DNA from: a virus
DNA: 64,000 nt
Virus record (IMG/VR): IMGVR_UViG_3300032288_005197
Location: 1 to 64,000 of that record
Direction: 5' to 3' (one strand)
Part shown: piece by piece, positions 9,262 through 19,423 of the stretch
How the letters are laid out: the number at the start of each line of letters is the position of its first letter
How positions within the stretch are numbered: the stretch's first letter is position 1
Translations under genes and position numbers: made by a program
Notes under the pieces: generated by a model
Told to the model about the DNA's origin: nothing
The model's database searches: none
What the model saw: only the letters and a program-made list of their open reading frames with translations

Positions 9262-9969
9262 TTGCTGTGTATTATTTTGTTTAGGTGTTGTTTCAGAATT
9301 ATTTATTTTATAGATTCTCACAGAATCTTCAAAATTGAAGTTTTCAGAAATATCCGTTAATTTGTTGGTAATCGCAGTAGTCTTTAGGTTGTCTAAAGAT
9401 TCAAAAATCGCTGAGAAGCTGCCTTGTAAGCTTTCAGATACTTGAGATAGTGAAGCTTGTGAGAAACCAGGTTCAGCCACTAGATCGTAAGTAAAAATCT
9501 TATGTAGCTTAACTTTACCGTTCTGGTCAACATTACCTGCCGCTCTAGACGATACTGAGGTTGTGCAGCCTGATTCAACTAGAGTCTTTGCGATCTTTCC
9601 ACATGGAGTGTCAAGAAGACGTAGTCTAATCTTTACGCTATTAGAACCTTCATCGTAACTAAGACCTTCGATTACGTGAGATACGTTAGCTAGAGAAATA
9701 TCAAATTTTTGTGGATGATCAAGTTCACCAAAGAGTCTGCGCTCTTCAATCTTCTTGTTTAGATACTGTAAGTGAGGTAAGTATTCGTTCTTTTCGTATA
9801 CACGATTATTTTCGTTTACGACGCCAAAAACGGCAGCAGTACCTTCAAGAATAACGTCACCGTTAGTTTCTTTAGTTACAGTAACGGCCTCGTTAATTCG
9901 TTCAATGATGAACACCGAATTTTCAGGAACGACCGTTTGGTTTAGGTTAGCGATTTTAGTATTACTCAA
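7978..9969 (-). CDS. gp21: Prohead protease (gp21-like) fused to a scaffold/core domain
   Basis: NENNRVY, GELDHP, SHVI, SSRAAG, YDLVAEPGF protease motifs; C-terminal 14-aa repeat coiled region; TTG start. Confidence 0.88.
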   Translation of the reverse strand: MSNTKIANLNQTVVPENSVFIIERINEAVTVTKETNGDVILEGTAAVFGVVNENNRVYEKNEYLPHLQYLNKKIEERRLFGELDHPQKFDISLANVSHVIEGLSYDEGSNSVKIRLRLLDTPCGKIAKTLVESGCTTSVSSRAAGNVDQNGKVKLHKIFTYDLVAEPGFSQASLSQVSESLQGSFSAIFESLDNLKTTAITNKLTDISENFNFEDSVRIYKINNSETTPKQNNTQQMANEFVTKDEMNQYSELVKKKFSALQESISKNNKGLQKISENASTGESPVVSKMVEYVNYLAGEMESLVEYTNYLSTMLNQSVNYTEHVAEKVNNVIDYSDYLGDKVQKNIAYSDYLGQKVNETANYAEYVAENVEKTVEYANYLAENVDLSIQYSEHVAEHAENGIKFSNYLAENLDTAIKYSNYLGENLDKGIKYSNYIVETLNEKMIPGATAKTRSLLGEVKKLNESADFEISETSSVDDLVNAVDGILTHIKSNTANAVLEGKYPFLKLLNEARKQAFYNLDQESKTAIVETMKGAIFFTEDEVVNIMEAVLNKQVENTPNYVKFMPAQYKELYESMTDGEKNWISAQANNMSLNTPYQVKAFWDSRNLRGISERIATQANINNQTINENQGKEGYVSLKQVNESLRGYSNSYIEMLQRRAQN
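9299..9306 (-). promoter_or_regulatory. Internal late promoter motif ATAAATAA
   Basis: Same motif precedes most structural genes; about 40 nt upstream of the internal ATG. Confidence 0.55.
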
Positions 9970-9988
9970 CGTAATTCGACTTTTTTGA

Positions 9989-9997
9989 TTATTTATA
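9989..9997 (-). promoter_or_regulatory. T4-type late promoter TATAAATAA
   Basis: Exact T4 late consensus upstream of gp21/gp23. Confidence 0.7.
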
Positions 9998-10033
9998 CGT
10001 GCCCCCTTTCATATAAGGTGAGCAGTACTATCA

Positions 10034-10927
10034 TTATTTATTAAAGTCGAGTAGCAAGTCTTTTAAAATCTGTAGTTTTTCTTCACTAATTTTTGAAAAA
10101 TCCGGCTTGGTCACAATTATCTTGAATATGTAATTGCCTCTATTGCCAAAGGCAGAGACCAACCCCTGATTGGGTATTCTGACAGTAATATCATTAAGGG
10201 TGTCCCGGTTGAAAGATTTTATACGATATTTCTTACCAAGTTGACTCTCCAATAGGGTCTCTTCATTGAATAAAACGTCATGCAGTGAGAGCTCAATTTT
10301 TTGAACAAGATCGCTTTGATCAATCTCAAGGCCTAGCGTGTCAATGTTTACTCTGACTACCAAGTCACCGGTCACTAGCATTTTTTTGGTTCTGCCGAAA
10401 AAATCCGTCTCGTTGGCCTCTTGCACGGAACCTCCACCTCTAATCTTTAACAGAATGCAGTATCGACCATTTTCAAATGCGATAGGATAGCCGTTTTCTG
10501 ACAAGTTGACCATCACCTTTACGTTCTTCAACTCGGAACTGGTCGAGCCTCCAACGTTTTTGCTTATTGAGTACTGTACTTCAAACGAACAACCTTCCAT
10601 CAGATCCTTGATTGATGCCCACTTATCAACCGTATGAGTCAAGTTCTTGAAATCCGCACGCCTTCCACTGAATGAAAAGTCTTGGAAGCTATCGTAAAAA
10701 TTATTGTGAGGTCCTCTAGGTCTACGAGAATCATCATAGGCTTTGCGTTTGGTCTCATTACCTAGAGTCTCGTATGCCTCTGCGATCTCTTTGAATTTAT
10801 CCTCTGATTCCTTGCTTCCGCCGTTTTTATCAGGGTGGTGTTCGGTCACAAGCTTTCGATAAACCTTTTTTATTTCTGCCTGAGACGCATTTTCCGCAAC
10901 CCCTAACGTTTGATAATAATTTTTCAA
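10034..10927 (-). CDS. dnaJ: DnaJ-class co-chaperone (J domain, no zinc finger)
   Basis: [25 protein letters not shown]; C-terminal GDLVVRV. Confidence 0.9.
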   Translation of the reverse strand: MKNYYQTLGVAENASQAEIKKVYRKLVTEHHPDKNGGSKESEDKFKEIAEAYETLGNETKRKAYDDSRRPRGPHNNFYDSFQDFSFSGRRADFKNLTHTVDKWASIKDLMEGCSFEVQYSISKNVGGSTSSELKNVKVMVNLSENGYPIAFENGRYCILLKIRGGGSVQEANETDFFGRTKKMLVTGDLVVRVNIDTLGLEIDQSDLVQKIELSLHDVLFNEETLLESQLGKKYRIKSFNRDTLNDITVRIPNQGLVSAFGNRGNYIFKIIVTKPDFSKISEEKLQILKDLLLDFNK

Positions 10928-10991
10928 TGACTAAATCTAGTATGCTATTTACAGTATAATACTAAATACCTCAGACAAGTTTACGGTGTCA

Positions 10992-10999
10992 ATAAATAA
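10992..10999 (+). promoter_or_regulatory. Late promoter motif upstream of the glycosyltransferase cassette
   Basis: ATAAATAA 20 nt before the GTG start at 11019. Confidence 0.55.
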
Positions 11000-11018
11000 G
11001 AAAAAGTAAAATTCTCAA

Positions 11019-13055
11019 GTGAAATCAGTATTATTCACCTACTATTCAAATCCAGTACAGGATATTTTCTTGGAAAACGTCGAATCACTACTTAAAAATA
11101 GCGCATGTGTGTATGACGAAATTGTCGTTTGCTCACAAATCGACGTCCCAGTCAAAATAGTAAAAGCTCTATCAAGGCATGCAATAGTGAGTAGAGTTTT
11201 TCCTGATCATAACTCTCAGCAAGTTAAACGAGCATCTAATCCGACCAGGTCATATAAGGTCAATCCATTCATGTTAACTGCCCTCTCCTATAAAGAGTCA
11301 GTTGTTACCGTTTTTGATTCTCACCTGTTCGTAATTAACCCCATTCTTAACTATTCCGGCAACAATATTTTTTATAAGAATCATAGGGGGGTACTAAGCA
11401 CTCAACTTTTTACAATTGTCAATACTGAAGCAACATCCAATCTGCTAGTAAAGGGTTTGATTGATTGCGATTTCACAGATGATTCAACTAATCATAAGTT
11501 TACATTCATTGTTGCAAATGCAGTACCTTTCACGACAGCCATCATCTATGACAAATCATTCATATTTAGCAATCCGTCCGATCAGGATTCGATCGCAGAA
11601 GACAAGTTAATCGCATTTGACCTTTCCGAAACAATGACGTCTTCCGCTATCCACAAACAGATGTGGGCAATTCGAAAAACTTACATTCCAAAAGTATCGA
11701 CTTTGACAAAAATAGCAAATCATGCAAATTCAATAGTTTCAACAGCAGTTGCGGTAATCCAAGAAGTCGAAACTTCATTTACCAAGACTGGAAGTCAAGA
11801 TCCAACCATCCTATTCAAGTACACATCTAGAAGTAGACCCGATCAATTTTATCGAGGCTTAGTTAGCATCATAAATAAGTGCTCAAGTCCAAACTACTTA
11901 ATACTATGCAGCTTCGATCACAACGATCCGACTTTGCCAACCTACTTAGACTACATCAACGATCTAAATAACGATCGGATAACTGTCTGCTTGGGAGATA
12001 GTAAAAGCAAAATAGACGCGATAAACCGTGACATTAACTCTTATGACAAACACTGGGACATAGTCGTTAATATGTCAGATGACATGATTTTTACAAAAGA
12101 AGGATTCGATCTAATAATAAAAAGCGATTTCATTCAATACTTTCCGAAGTTCGATGGAGTGATGCACTATCCTGATCAGGACGCTGGTCAAAAATTAATG
12201 ACCTTATCAATATTGGGTAGAAATTATTATCTTCGATTCAATTACATATACCACCCAGATTATTCTTCTCTGTGGTGTGATAACGAAGCTATGGAAGTAT
12301 CAATGCTGCTTGGAAAATATCGATACTCTCCAGTTAGAATGTTCGATCACATTCACCCAGCGTACGGTCACTGTCAAACTGACGAGCAATATAAACACAC
12401 AGAATCATTTTATCACTCAGATAATGCTGTATACTTGCAGAGAAAAGCAAAAGGCTTTAAGTTGAAGTTTGCAATATTGATCGCAACGATTGAGACCAGA
12501 AAGCCGCAATTTGAAAAATTAAGAAGCTTCATACAGTCTCAAATCATTAAGAATTCTCTGATAGGTCAATGTGAGATCGTTCACATTAGTGACAATAAGG
12601 AAATTTCAGTAGGGTTAAAAAGGCAAAGGCTATTAGAATTAGCTAACAGCAATTACGTTGCATTCATTGATGATGACGATTGGGTAAGCGATGATTATTT
12701 GCAAGTGATCATTAATTCAATAGACTCAAACGCGCCAGACTCAATTGGATTTTTAGTTAGGTGCACGTTTGACGGTTCTGCACCAATCATGGCAAAGGCT
12801 TCAAACAAATACGCTGACTGGGCAGAAGACGTTGACGGTTATAAGTACGTTAGAACGCCATATCATAAAACACCAATCAGAAGAGACCTTGCTGTTCAAA
12901 TAGGCTTTAAGGATATTCGATACGCAGAGGATCATGATTACAGTCGCAGGTTAAAGGCAGCAGGTCTCATAAGAAAGGAAGATTTCATTGATTCTCCACT
13001 TTACTATTATAGTTATGTACACGAAAATCCAAATACAAAATACGGTTTAAAATAA
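11019..13055 (+). CDS. Multidomain glycosyltransferase (two GT-A/GT2-like domains plus a degenerate N-terminal domain)
   Basis: KYTSRSRP..SKIDAINRD..MSDDM..SLWCDNE domain; second domain VGLKRQRLL..VAFIDDDD..AEDHDY. Confidence 0.8.
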   Translation: MKSVLFTYYSNPVQDIFLENVESLLKNSACVYDEIVVCSQIDVPVKIVKALSRHAIVSRVFPDHNSQQVKRASNPTRSYKVNPFMLTALSYKESVVTVFDSHLFVINPILNYSGNNIFYKNHRGVLSTQLFTIVNTEATSNLLVKGLIDCDFTDDSTNHKFTFIVANAVPFTTAIIYDKSFIFSNPSDQDSIAEDKLIAFDLSETMTSSAIHKQMWAIRKTYIPKVSTLTKIANHANSIVSTAVAVIQEVETSFTKTGSQDPTILFKYTSRSRPDQFYRGLVSIINKCSSPNYLILCSFDHNDPTLPTYLDYINDLNNDRITVCLGDSKSKIDAINRDINSYDKHWDIVVNMSDDMIFTKEGFDLIIKSDFIQYFPKFDGVMHYPDQDAGQKLMTLSILGRNYYLRFNYIYHPDYSSLWCDNEAMEVSMLLGKYRYSPVRMFDHIHPAYGHCQTDEQYKHTESFYHSDNAVYLQRKAKGFKLKFAILIATIETRKPQFEKLRSFIQSQIIKNSLIGQCEIVHISDNKEISVGLKRQRLLELANSNYVAFIDDDDWVSDDYLQVIINSIDSNAPDSIGFLVRCTFDGSAPIMAKASNKYADWAEDVDGYKYVRTPYHKTPIRRDLAVQIGFKDIRYAEDHDYSRRLKAAGLIRKEDFIDSPLYYYSYVHENPNTKYGLK

Positions 13056-13058
13056 AAA

Positions 13059-13736
13059 ATGGAAGCGTCAAAAGTTAAAGTTTGCATATTGAATGCATCG
13101 AATGGAACTGGCTGGTATCCAGTAGGTTCTCAAAGGCTCAAAAGATCATTAATACATCATGGATACGCTCATGATCTTTTATTTTTTAGTAACTGGCCAA
13201 ACAACGAATTTGATAAAATGTGTCCGTATAACATAAAAGCGGCAGCATTCGCTGAGGCTCTAAAAAAGGACTACGATATTATATTATGGGCAGATTGTTC
13301 GGTATGGGCAATTAACTATCCATATCCAGTACTTGACATAATAAACCATGACGGTTATTATTTTTGGAGATCTGGTTATAATTGTGCCCAGACCTGCTCG
13401 GATGCATGTTTAGATTACTTTGGAGTTGATCGAGACACGGCAGAAACCTATCAAGATGTTTCAACTTCGCTATTTGGAATTCACACAAAGAACGAGCTTG
13501 GCGCAAGATTCATCAATGAATGGCTAAAATCAGCAAGGGAAGGACAATTCAAAGGTTCTAGAGAACATGACGGTCAATCCGCTGATCCCAGATTTCTATT
13601 TCACCGCCAGGATCAATCATGTGCGAGTCTCATTGCTAATAAACTTGGATTAAAGATTCACGAGGAAGGGAATCACATACAATATTACAAGAAAAAACAA
13701 CCTGATCATCTCATATTCACAATGAGAGGTCTTTAA
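13059..13736 (+). CDS. Putative glycosyltransferase (nucleotide-diphospho-sugar transferase-like)
   Basis: IILWADCS and HRQDQS motifs. Confidence 0.65.
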   Translation: MEASKVKVCILNASNGTGWYPVGSQRLKRSLIHHGYAHDLLFFSNWPNNEFDKMCPYNIKAAAFAEALKKDYDIILWADCSVWAINYPYPVLDIINHDGYYFWRSGYNCAQTCSDACLDYFGVDRDTAETYQDVSTSLFGIHTKNELGARFINEWLKSAREGQFKGSREHDGQSADPRFLFHRQDQSCASLIANKLGLKIHEEGNHIQYYKKKQPDHLIFTMRGL

Positions 13737-13749
13737 AAAACACTACTTT

Positions 13750-14373
13750 ATGTATTCACAAAACGACGAAGAAGCGATTCTTCTACAGCATCTAAATTCA
13801 TTCACTGGCACTTTGCTTGATATTGGAGCAAATGACGGAAAGACTCTTTCAAATTCACTGGCCTTAATTGAAAGAGGCTGGTCGGCGGTTTTAGTCGAAC
13901 CTGCAAAAACCCCATTTTCAAAATTGTCAGATTTGCATAAAGACAATGAGCGAATTCAGTGCGTCAATTTAGCAATCGGTACTCAAAACGGGGAACTTAA
14001 ATTTTATTCGAGCGGAACTCACCTAAATGAAGGTGATACTGATCTTCTTTCAACTTTATGTGAATCTGAATTATCTAGATGGGCAGGTACTGACAATGAG
14101 TTCACTGAAGAAACCGTATCGGTTGTGGATTTTAAAACCTTCTTGGAAAATTGCACCTTCAAACAATTCGATCTAATACTAATTGATGCAGAGGGTTTAG
14201 ATTACGACATATTGACTCAAATTAATCTAGAGGCAGTCGGCTGCTCGACCCTTGTCGTTGAGACGAATAGTAAGGACGATGAAAAGTACATAGAGTACTG
14301 TGCCTCTTTTAATCTAGTGCCTATTCATAAGACTCATGAAAACCTAATCTTTTCAAAAATTCAAATAGCTTAA
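13750..14373 (+). CDS. FkbM family SAM methyltransferase
   Basis: YSQNDEE, LDIGANDG, VEP, IDAEGLD. Confidence 0.88.
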   Translation: MYSQNDEEAILLQHLNSFTGTLLDIGANDGKTLSNSLALIERGWSAVLVEPAKTPFSKLSDLHKDNERIQCVNLAIGTQNGELKFYSSGTHLNEGDTDLLSTLCESELSRWAGTDNEFTEETVSVVDFKTFLENCTFKQFDLILIDAEGLDYDILTQINLEAVGCSTLVVETNSKDDEKYIEYCASFNLVPIHKTHENLIFSKIQIA

Positions 14374-15156
14374 ATGACCCATTTAGACATAACTTCCGGT
14401 ACTGGATTTTTTTCATGTTCGACTGAGGCTCTTCTTCAATTGGTGATTTACTCATCAATAAACGGAAATCTACCAGATTCGATTGATCGTAGTAAACAAT
14501 ACGAGTATCATAAAAACGACTCAGTTACGAATCTAATTCCCTATTATTTCAAGGAATCCGCTGAGGGTTTTGAAGTTCCCAATGGTGTTCAAATAAATTC
14601 AGACGGAGTCTATTCGCAATTCTGTGATTATCGGACAATCCAATTTGATATGATGAACTCTTACCTATCAAAGTACTTTCAACCCAGCGAAAGAGTTAAA
14701 TCTCGAGAATCTGAGTTCATTAAAAAGTATCAAATTTCTCCGGAAAATACTTGCGCGATTTTCTATAGGGGAAATGACAAGGCCAGAGAAACCGTGATCG
14801 CTAGTTATTCTGAATTCATTTCACAGGCTGAGGCGGTCAAAGCTGAAAATCCAAATATTGAATTCCTGGTTCAAACTGATGAGGCTGAATTTCTTGAACT
14901 ATTTTTAGGTAAATTCCCTGATTCTAAATACATATCAGAAATTCCAAGAATTTCCAAACAGGACAATTGGGTTACTCAAGTAATCGATAGAGATTCTCGT
15001 CCAGACTTTGGAGTGGACTTCTTTAGCGCGGTTTTGATACTTGCAAAATGCAAATCTCTCATAACTCATTCAGGCAATTGTGGATTTTGGAGCGTTCTCT
15101 ATCGTGGAACATTTGATGGGGTACGTCAATGGCAAAATGATCATTGGATAATTTAA
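14374..15156 (+). CDS. NodZ/O-fucosyltransferase-like GT-B glycosyltransferase
   Basis: IFYRGNDK, LVQTDE, ILAKCKSLITHSGNCG motifs. Confidence 0.7.
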   Translation: MTHLDITSGTGFFSCSTEALLQLVIYSSINGNLPDSIDRSKQYEYHKNDSVTNLIPYYFKESAEGFEVPNGVQINSDGVYSQFCDYRTIQFDMMNSYLSKYFQPSERVKSRESEFIKKYQISPENTCAIFYRGNDKARETVIASYSEFISQAEAVKAENPNIEFLVQTDEAEFLELFLGKFPDSKYISEIPRISKQDNWVTQVIDRDSRPDFGVDFFSAVLILAKCKSLITHSGNCGFWSVLYRGTFDGVRQWQNDHWII

Positions 15157-15169
15157 AAATTTTATTTGT

Positions 15170-16021
15170 ATGAAATTAGCTGCAGGTTACGTAGTTTTCG
15201 ATGGGCTTGAAACATTAGAAGCCTCAATCAGATCGGTCAGAGAATGCGTCGATATCGTGATTGTTTCTTATCAGACCGTTTCATGGGGAAATACTCAATG
15301 CTCTCCATTGCTTTTGCCCACACTAGAGAGGCTCAAGGAGAATGGTCTAATTGATGTAATAATGGAATTCACAAACTTCGTTCCATCATCCCTAGCTAAA
15401 CCGGACGATGTGATTCGAGCTAAAAAATACGAATGTGATAAGCGACAAACTTGTTTGGAGAAAGCTCTTGAACTTGGAGCAACCCACTACATGTCAATGG
15501 ACGCTGACGAATTCTACATAAAGGAACAATTCGAGGAGGCAAAGCGCCAAATCGTAAATGATAAGTTACAGGCAACAGCAGTTCGTTACATAAACTACTT
15601 GACTCCAACTCTGCATCAAGGCTATTCTAGATTTAAAGTACCATTCATTTATGAAATTGGGCCAAAGAGTCGACACCATTCTGTCCAGTTCATGTTTTCG
15701 GATATCGATCCAACTCGCGGACTCACTGATGATTCATACACCAGATCTAGGGTTTTTGAACGTGACTTGATAACGATGCACCACATGGAGATGGTTAGGG
15801 AAGATTTGCTTGGAAAGTACCAAGCCTCAAGCCGATATTTCAGGAAACGAGAGGATCTTCCAACCCTGGCTGAGGACATCGCTCATGCAAAGAAAACCAA
15901 GGAGCTTAGGTTTAGAGCAATCCATTTTGGTGATTCACTAAGCGGTTTAAATAAGGAGTTGGTATTGACTGAATGCGAAGACCGTTTCGATTTACATTCC
16001 TACCGTTACGGTACCAGATAG
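15170..16021 (+). CDS. GT2-like glycosyltransferase
   Basis: LEASIRSVR, KRQTCL, MSMDADEFY (DxD), MHH. Confidence 0.7.
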   Translation: MKLAAGYVVFDGLETLEASIRSVRECVDIVIVSYQTVSWGNTQCSPLLLPTLERLKENGLIDVIMEFTNFVPSSLAKPDDVIRAKKYECDKRQTCLEKALELGATHYMSMDADEFYIKEQFEEAKRQIVNDKLQATAVRYINYLTPTLHQGYSRFKVPFIYEIGPKSRHHSVQFMFSDIDPTRGLTDDSYTRSRVFERDLITMHHMEMVREDLLGKYQASSRYFRKREDLPTLAEDIAHAKKTKELRFRAIHFGDSLSGLNKELVLTECEDRFDLHSYRYGTR

Positions 16022-16795
16022 TAATTTAGGCAGCATCGATGTAACGTATGCTGAGTTTGCACCAGGCGTGCTTGGCATTTTAGCATCGATTGCTGAGGCC
16101 AGAGTCACCAACACTTCAAATAGAGTATTTCCCATCACAGCATGCTCAGCTTTTGCATTCGCGCCAATGTTGGTTAATTGCCCGTTAACGTTTATCGTTT
16201 GGCCCTCTAGAGTTATCACGTTAGACGTGACGTTTACCTGAGACGAGCTTTGAACGTTAATGACATTTCCATCAAATTCCATTGAGGACAGTCCGTCCTT
16301 ATGATAAATTTCAATCTTTGAATTTTGGTCAATCGTTAAGTACGAATCCTTCATTTCAAAAGTTAGTCCCCTACCCTTAGTGAAGTATATTTTAATATGC
16401 TCATCTCCGTCAAATAGAATGTAATGAGCTCCCTCATATTCGTAATCCGTGCTGGATTGTAGGGCCTCCTTGATATCGTCTCCTATTTCTTGGATCTGAC
16501 CGTACTCTGGTGAGTAGAGATTTCCATTATTAAAAACAACTTCAACAATTGAACCTTTCTTTGGAATTGAAATTGATCCAGCTTTGGCATATTGGCCAAA
16601 GAACGTCGGCTTTTTCATCTGTATTGCCCATGGAATGTCTTCGACTGCCAAATTATCGAATATGCTAAATACCCTGACTCTACAACGGCCTTCTCTCAAT
16701 GGATCTTTCACGTCAACCACCTCACCTAAGTATCGAGTAACGATTAGTTCTGCGCCAGTCGAGTCTTTTACAATTTCATTATTTGAAGTTATCAT
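15992..16795 (-). CDS. gp5: Baseplate hub/spike gp5-like (OB fold plus beta-helix, no lysozyme domain)
   Basis: GEVVDVKDPLREGRCRVRV, IPWA, IPKKGSIVEVVF. Confidence 0.85.
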   Translation of the reverse strand: MITSNNEIVKDSTGAELIVTRYLGEVVDVKDPLREGRCRVRVFSIFDNLAVEDIPWAIQMKKPTFFGQYAKAGSISIPKKGSIVEVVFNNGNLYSPEYGQIQEIGDDIKEALQSSTDYEYEGAHYILFDGDEHIKIYFTKGRGLTFEMKDSYLTIDQNSKIEIYHKDGLSSMEFDGNVINVQSSSQVNVTSNVITLEGQTINVNGQLTNIGANAKAEHAVMGNTLFEVLVTLASAIDAKMPSTPGANSAYVTSMLPKLLSGTVTVGM

Positions 16796-16802
16796 ATCTT
16801 AA

Positions 16803-17918
16803 TTATGGATAAACGTCTCCCAGTTCTCCGTCCCTAATTATTTTGTTTATGTCAGCTCCTGGATAAACATCATCATTGACGCCTTGACCTCCGGCCGGTC
16901 CAACCGGTGCACGTCTTCCGAATACCTCATTTGTTCCAAGAACTTCTGTACTTCTATTATACACGTTTTGTGATAAAGAGGTTTCAAGTCTGGTTTGCAA
17001 TTGATTGGTTAGGTCTCCAATGATTCTAGCGGGAAGTCTTGCTGCACTAGATAAGAACCTTTGAGCTCTACCCTCGAGTGAACTGGCGAGTCCCGCAAAA
17101 ATACCAAGTGAATGATAGTCTGAATCCGTTGAAGATTCGGATTCCTCTATGACCCAACCTGCCCTGATCTTGAACGATGTACTAAACGGTTTATCCTCAG
17201 TGTAGGCTTTAATTTCACTACCGCTGGTTGGACCACCTAGCGTCTCCGAAAAATCAAATTCGCATCTTTGTAGTCTGTACTTTATTTGGTGTAGCCCGCT
17301 CGCTAAATTAGCAGAACGATCGTCAATGTCTCTAATTTCAAATAGGGTGATCGTCATGTCGAAAGTTCTTAAATTATCGGGTAGGGTGTAGCATAGTTTA
17401 TCCGCATCGTAAATTGCTTTACGGTAGTACTCCGCGAACTTAAGCAAAGGCTGTTCGATTGAATCTAGGCAATTTATGGTAATTTCTACCTTTTTGTCTC
17501 CTTCCTTAACTCTCGATGAGGCTTTCCACAGTTGATCAACCCCTTGAATTGATTGGAAATACCATGGAGATTCTTGAAGTTTTCTTAACTGTGTAATCGC
17601 AGCAGTTAAGAACCCGGAAGTTCGTTTTGTCCATGCCGATCCGTACTCTAATAGCCAATCTTGAGCGGACCATTCTACGTTAACGTACTTAGAATTTTTC
17701 GCTAGAGACTCTTTATCTCTAGCTGGACGTAATAAGTTGTCCCAATACAAATCATCGCCTGTCGTCGAGGTTACCGTTGGAATCCAGGTAGAGTTTTCAT
17801 CAGCTTGATTTGGAAAAAAATCAAGATCAAAGGTTAGAAATACTGGGTCCTGTACATCGGCTAGCGCGCTCTTTACGAATTGTTTATAACGCTTAGGTCC
17901 GTTTATTAATTGAGCCAT
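16803..17918 (-). CDS. Putative baseplate/tail-tube-like protein
   Basis: Baseplate operon context; ITINCLDSI, PDNLRTFDMTITLFEIR. Confidence 0.55.
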   Translation of the reverse strand: MAQLINGPKRYKQFVKSALADVQDPVFLTFDLDFFPNQADENSTWIPTVTSTTGDDLYWDNLLRPARDKESLAKNSKYVNVEWSAQDWLLEYGSAWTKRTSGFLTAAITQLRKLQESPWYFQSIQGVDQLWKASSRVKEGDKKVEITINCLDSIEQPLLKFAEYYRKAIYDADKLCYTLPDNLRTFDMTITLFEIRDIDDRSANLASGLHQIKYRLQRCEFDFSETLGGPTSGSEIKAYTEDKPFSTSFKIRAGWVIEESESSTDSDYHSLGIFAGLASSLEGRAQRFLSSAARLPARIIGDLTNQLQTRLETSLSQNVYNRSTEVLGTNEVFGRRAPVGPAGGQGVNDDVYPGADINKIIRDGELGDVYP

Positions 17919-17923
17919 TATTA

Positions 17924-19423
17924 TTAAATTTTATTTTCCATTTTAGGTTCAGGTAACCAACTACGTCTACTTAGCATCATTACTGTTGAAAACTTTTGTC
18001 TAGGTTCAGCCATTGCATTGTAGTGATACTCTATACTTTTAACGTAATAAGCTCCACTTAAGTACTCATCCTTAATTTGAGCAGAAGCCGTATCTCTACC
18101 AGTCTTGTCTCTGTCCTGTTGGCTGTCTTGTACTATTAATTCGTCCTTGGTCGAATCATCGCTAGCTCTCTTTAATCTATCTCCATATATGTCAACCGCT
18201 ACTCTGGCTCCTCTGCTAATGTTATGATTAATGCCGTCAAGTTTGACTCTCATTAGATGCTTTTCAGTTTCTTCACGATTATGATGATTCACTAATTTTG
18301 CGTACTTGTAACTTAGGTGAGAATTTCCATAATCGGTTCCCATCCATTTGACTACTTCATTGCCTTCGTCCGTGTAATCGGTGAGATCTGGAGTTTGATG
18401 CACCTGTTCTCCGTCTGGTGAGACAGTTGATAGCGGTTCAACGAACCAATCTTTAAGAGCTTCTTCCTCTCCGTGTTGATACATTTGTAGTCGCTTTCTG
18501 AAACCTGATCTTTTTAGAATACTTCCATTTTCACTCATCATTGAGTATTCAACAATCGTAAAATCTGATCCTGCTCCAAGACTTGATCCGTTTGTCAAGA
18601 TTATTGGAACTTGTTCGTCAATGCTAAGACTTTCAGATGCATCTTTTGCCAAACTTAGGTCAATATATTCAGTTGAGGTCGCAGCATATCCCATTGGAAT
18701 GTCTTTATCACTGTCAAACGGTTTCAACTGATTTTCAACGTTCACTAAACACAGTGTGTAATATCGGTCAATGAAACACTCAAAAAAGGAGTCTTTATTT
18801 TTGAATGAGTGATCCGCAATCGTCTTGATGAAGGACTTATAGTTCAGATTTGGGTTGATCCATGTCATCTTATCATCAAATGTTTCTTCATTTGATGCGT
18901 ATCCGATTTCAAGCTCTCTAGCTATTTGCTGTAGTGCCTCTTGTGAAGTCATGTTTGAATATGACTTTATGAAATTTCCATTCAATTTTGGGATGTATAG
19001 TTCGCCATAGAAATCGTATCTAATGGTCGATTGACTCATTGGAATCGATTGAATGTCTGTTATTAAAAATGTCTGACATAGCTCATTTAGCTTAGCATGA
19101 CTTTTTGCAATGTAAATTGTTAATAGCGGATTCTTTTTGGGAAAAGTAACGGACGTGAATGTTCCAATTGAATCAAAAATGCTTACATGTATTTTCGGAA
19201 TAAAATCATCATAATAAATTGAGGCTGATATAATATCAGTAGATGCAATTCTAGCATTTCCTATCTTGATCAGCGGAGATTTCTTTCCAAGCTGATCTGC
19301 GTATCCAGTACGATCGGGCGTTCTCTGAACATCACCATCCGGTTTTTCTAGATCAAGAATGTCAAGACTCGGTGGAGTCAATTTAGGATCAATCTTAGTA
19401 AGAATTATGCTTTCTAATCCCAT
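17924..19423 (-). CDS. Putative baseplate hub protein (gp27-like)
   Basis: TSQEALQQIARELEIGYASN, LSGAYYVKSIEYHY, LSRRSW; upstream of gp5. Confidence 0.6.
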   Translation of the reverse strand: MGLESIILTKIDPKLTPPSLDILDLEKPDGDVQRTPDRTGYADQLGKKSPLIKIGNARIASTDIISASIYYDDFIPKIHVSIFDSIGTFTSVTFPKKNPLLTIYIAKSHAKLNELCQTFLITDIQSIPMSQSTIRYDFYGELYIPKLNGNFIKSYSNMTSQEALQQIARELEIGYASNEETFDDKMTWINPNLNYKSFIKTIADHSFKNKDSFFECFIDRYYTLCLVNVENQLKPFDSDKDIPMGYAATSTEYIDLSLAKDASESLSIDEQVPIILTNGSSLGAGSDFTIVEYSMMSENGSILKRSGFRKRLQMYQHGEEEALKDWFVEPLSTVSPDGEQVHQTPDLTDYTDEGNEVVKWMGTDYGNSHLSYKYAKLVNHHNREETEKHLMRVKLDGINHNISRGARVAVDIYGDRLKRASDDSTKDELIVQDSQQDRDKTGRDTASAQIKDEYLSGAYYVKSIEYHYNAMAEPRQKFSTVMMLSRRSWLPEPKMENKI

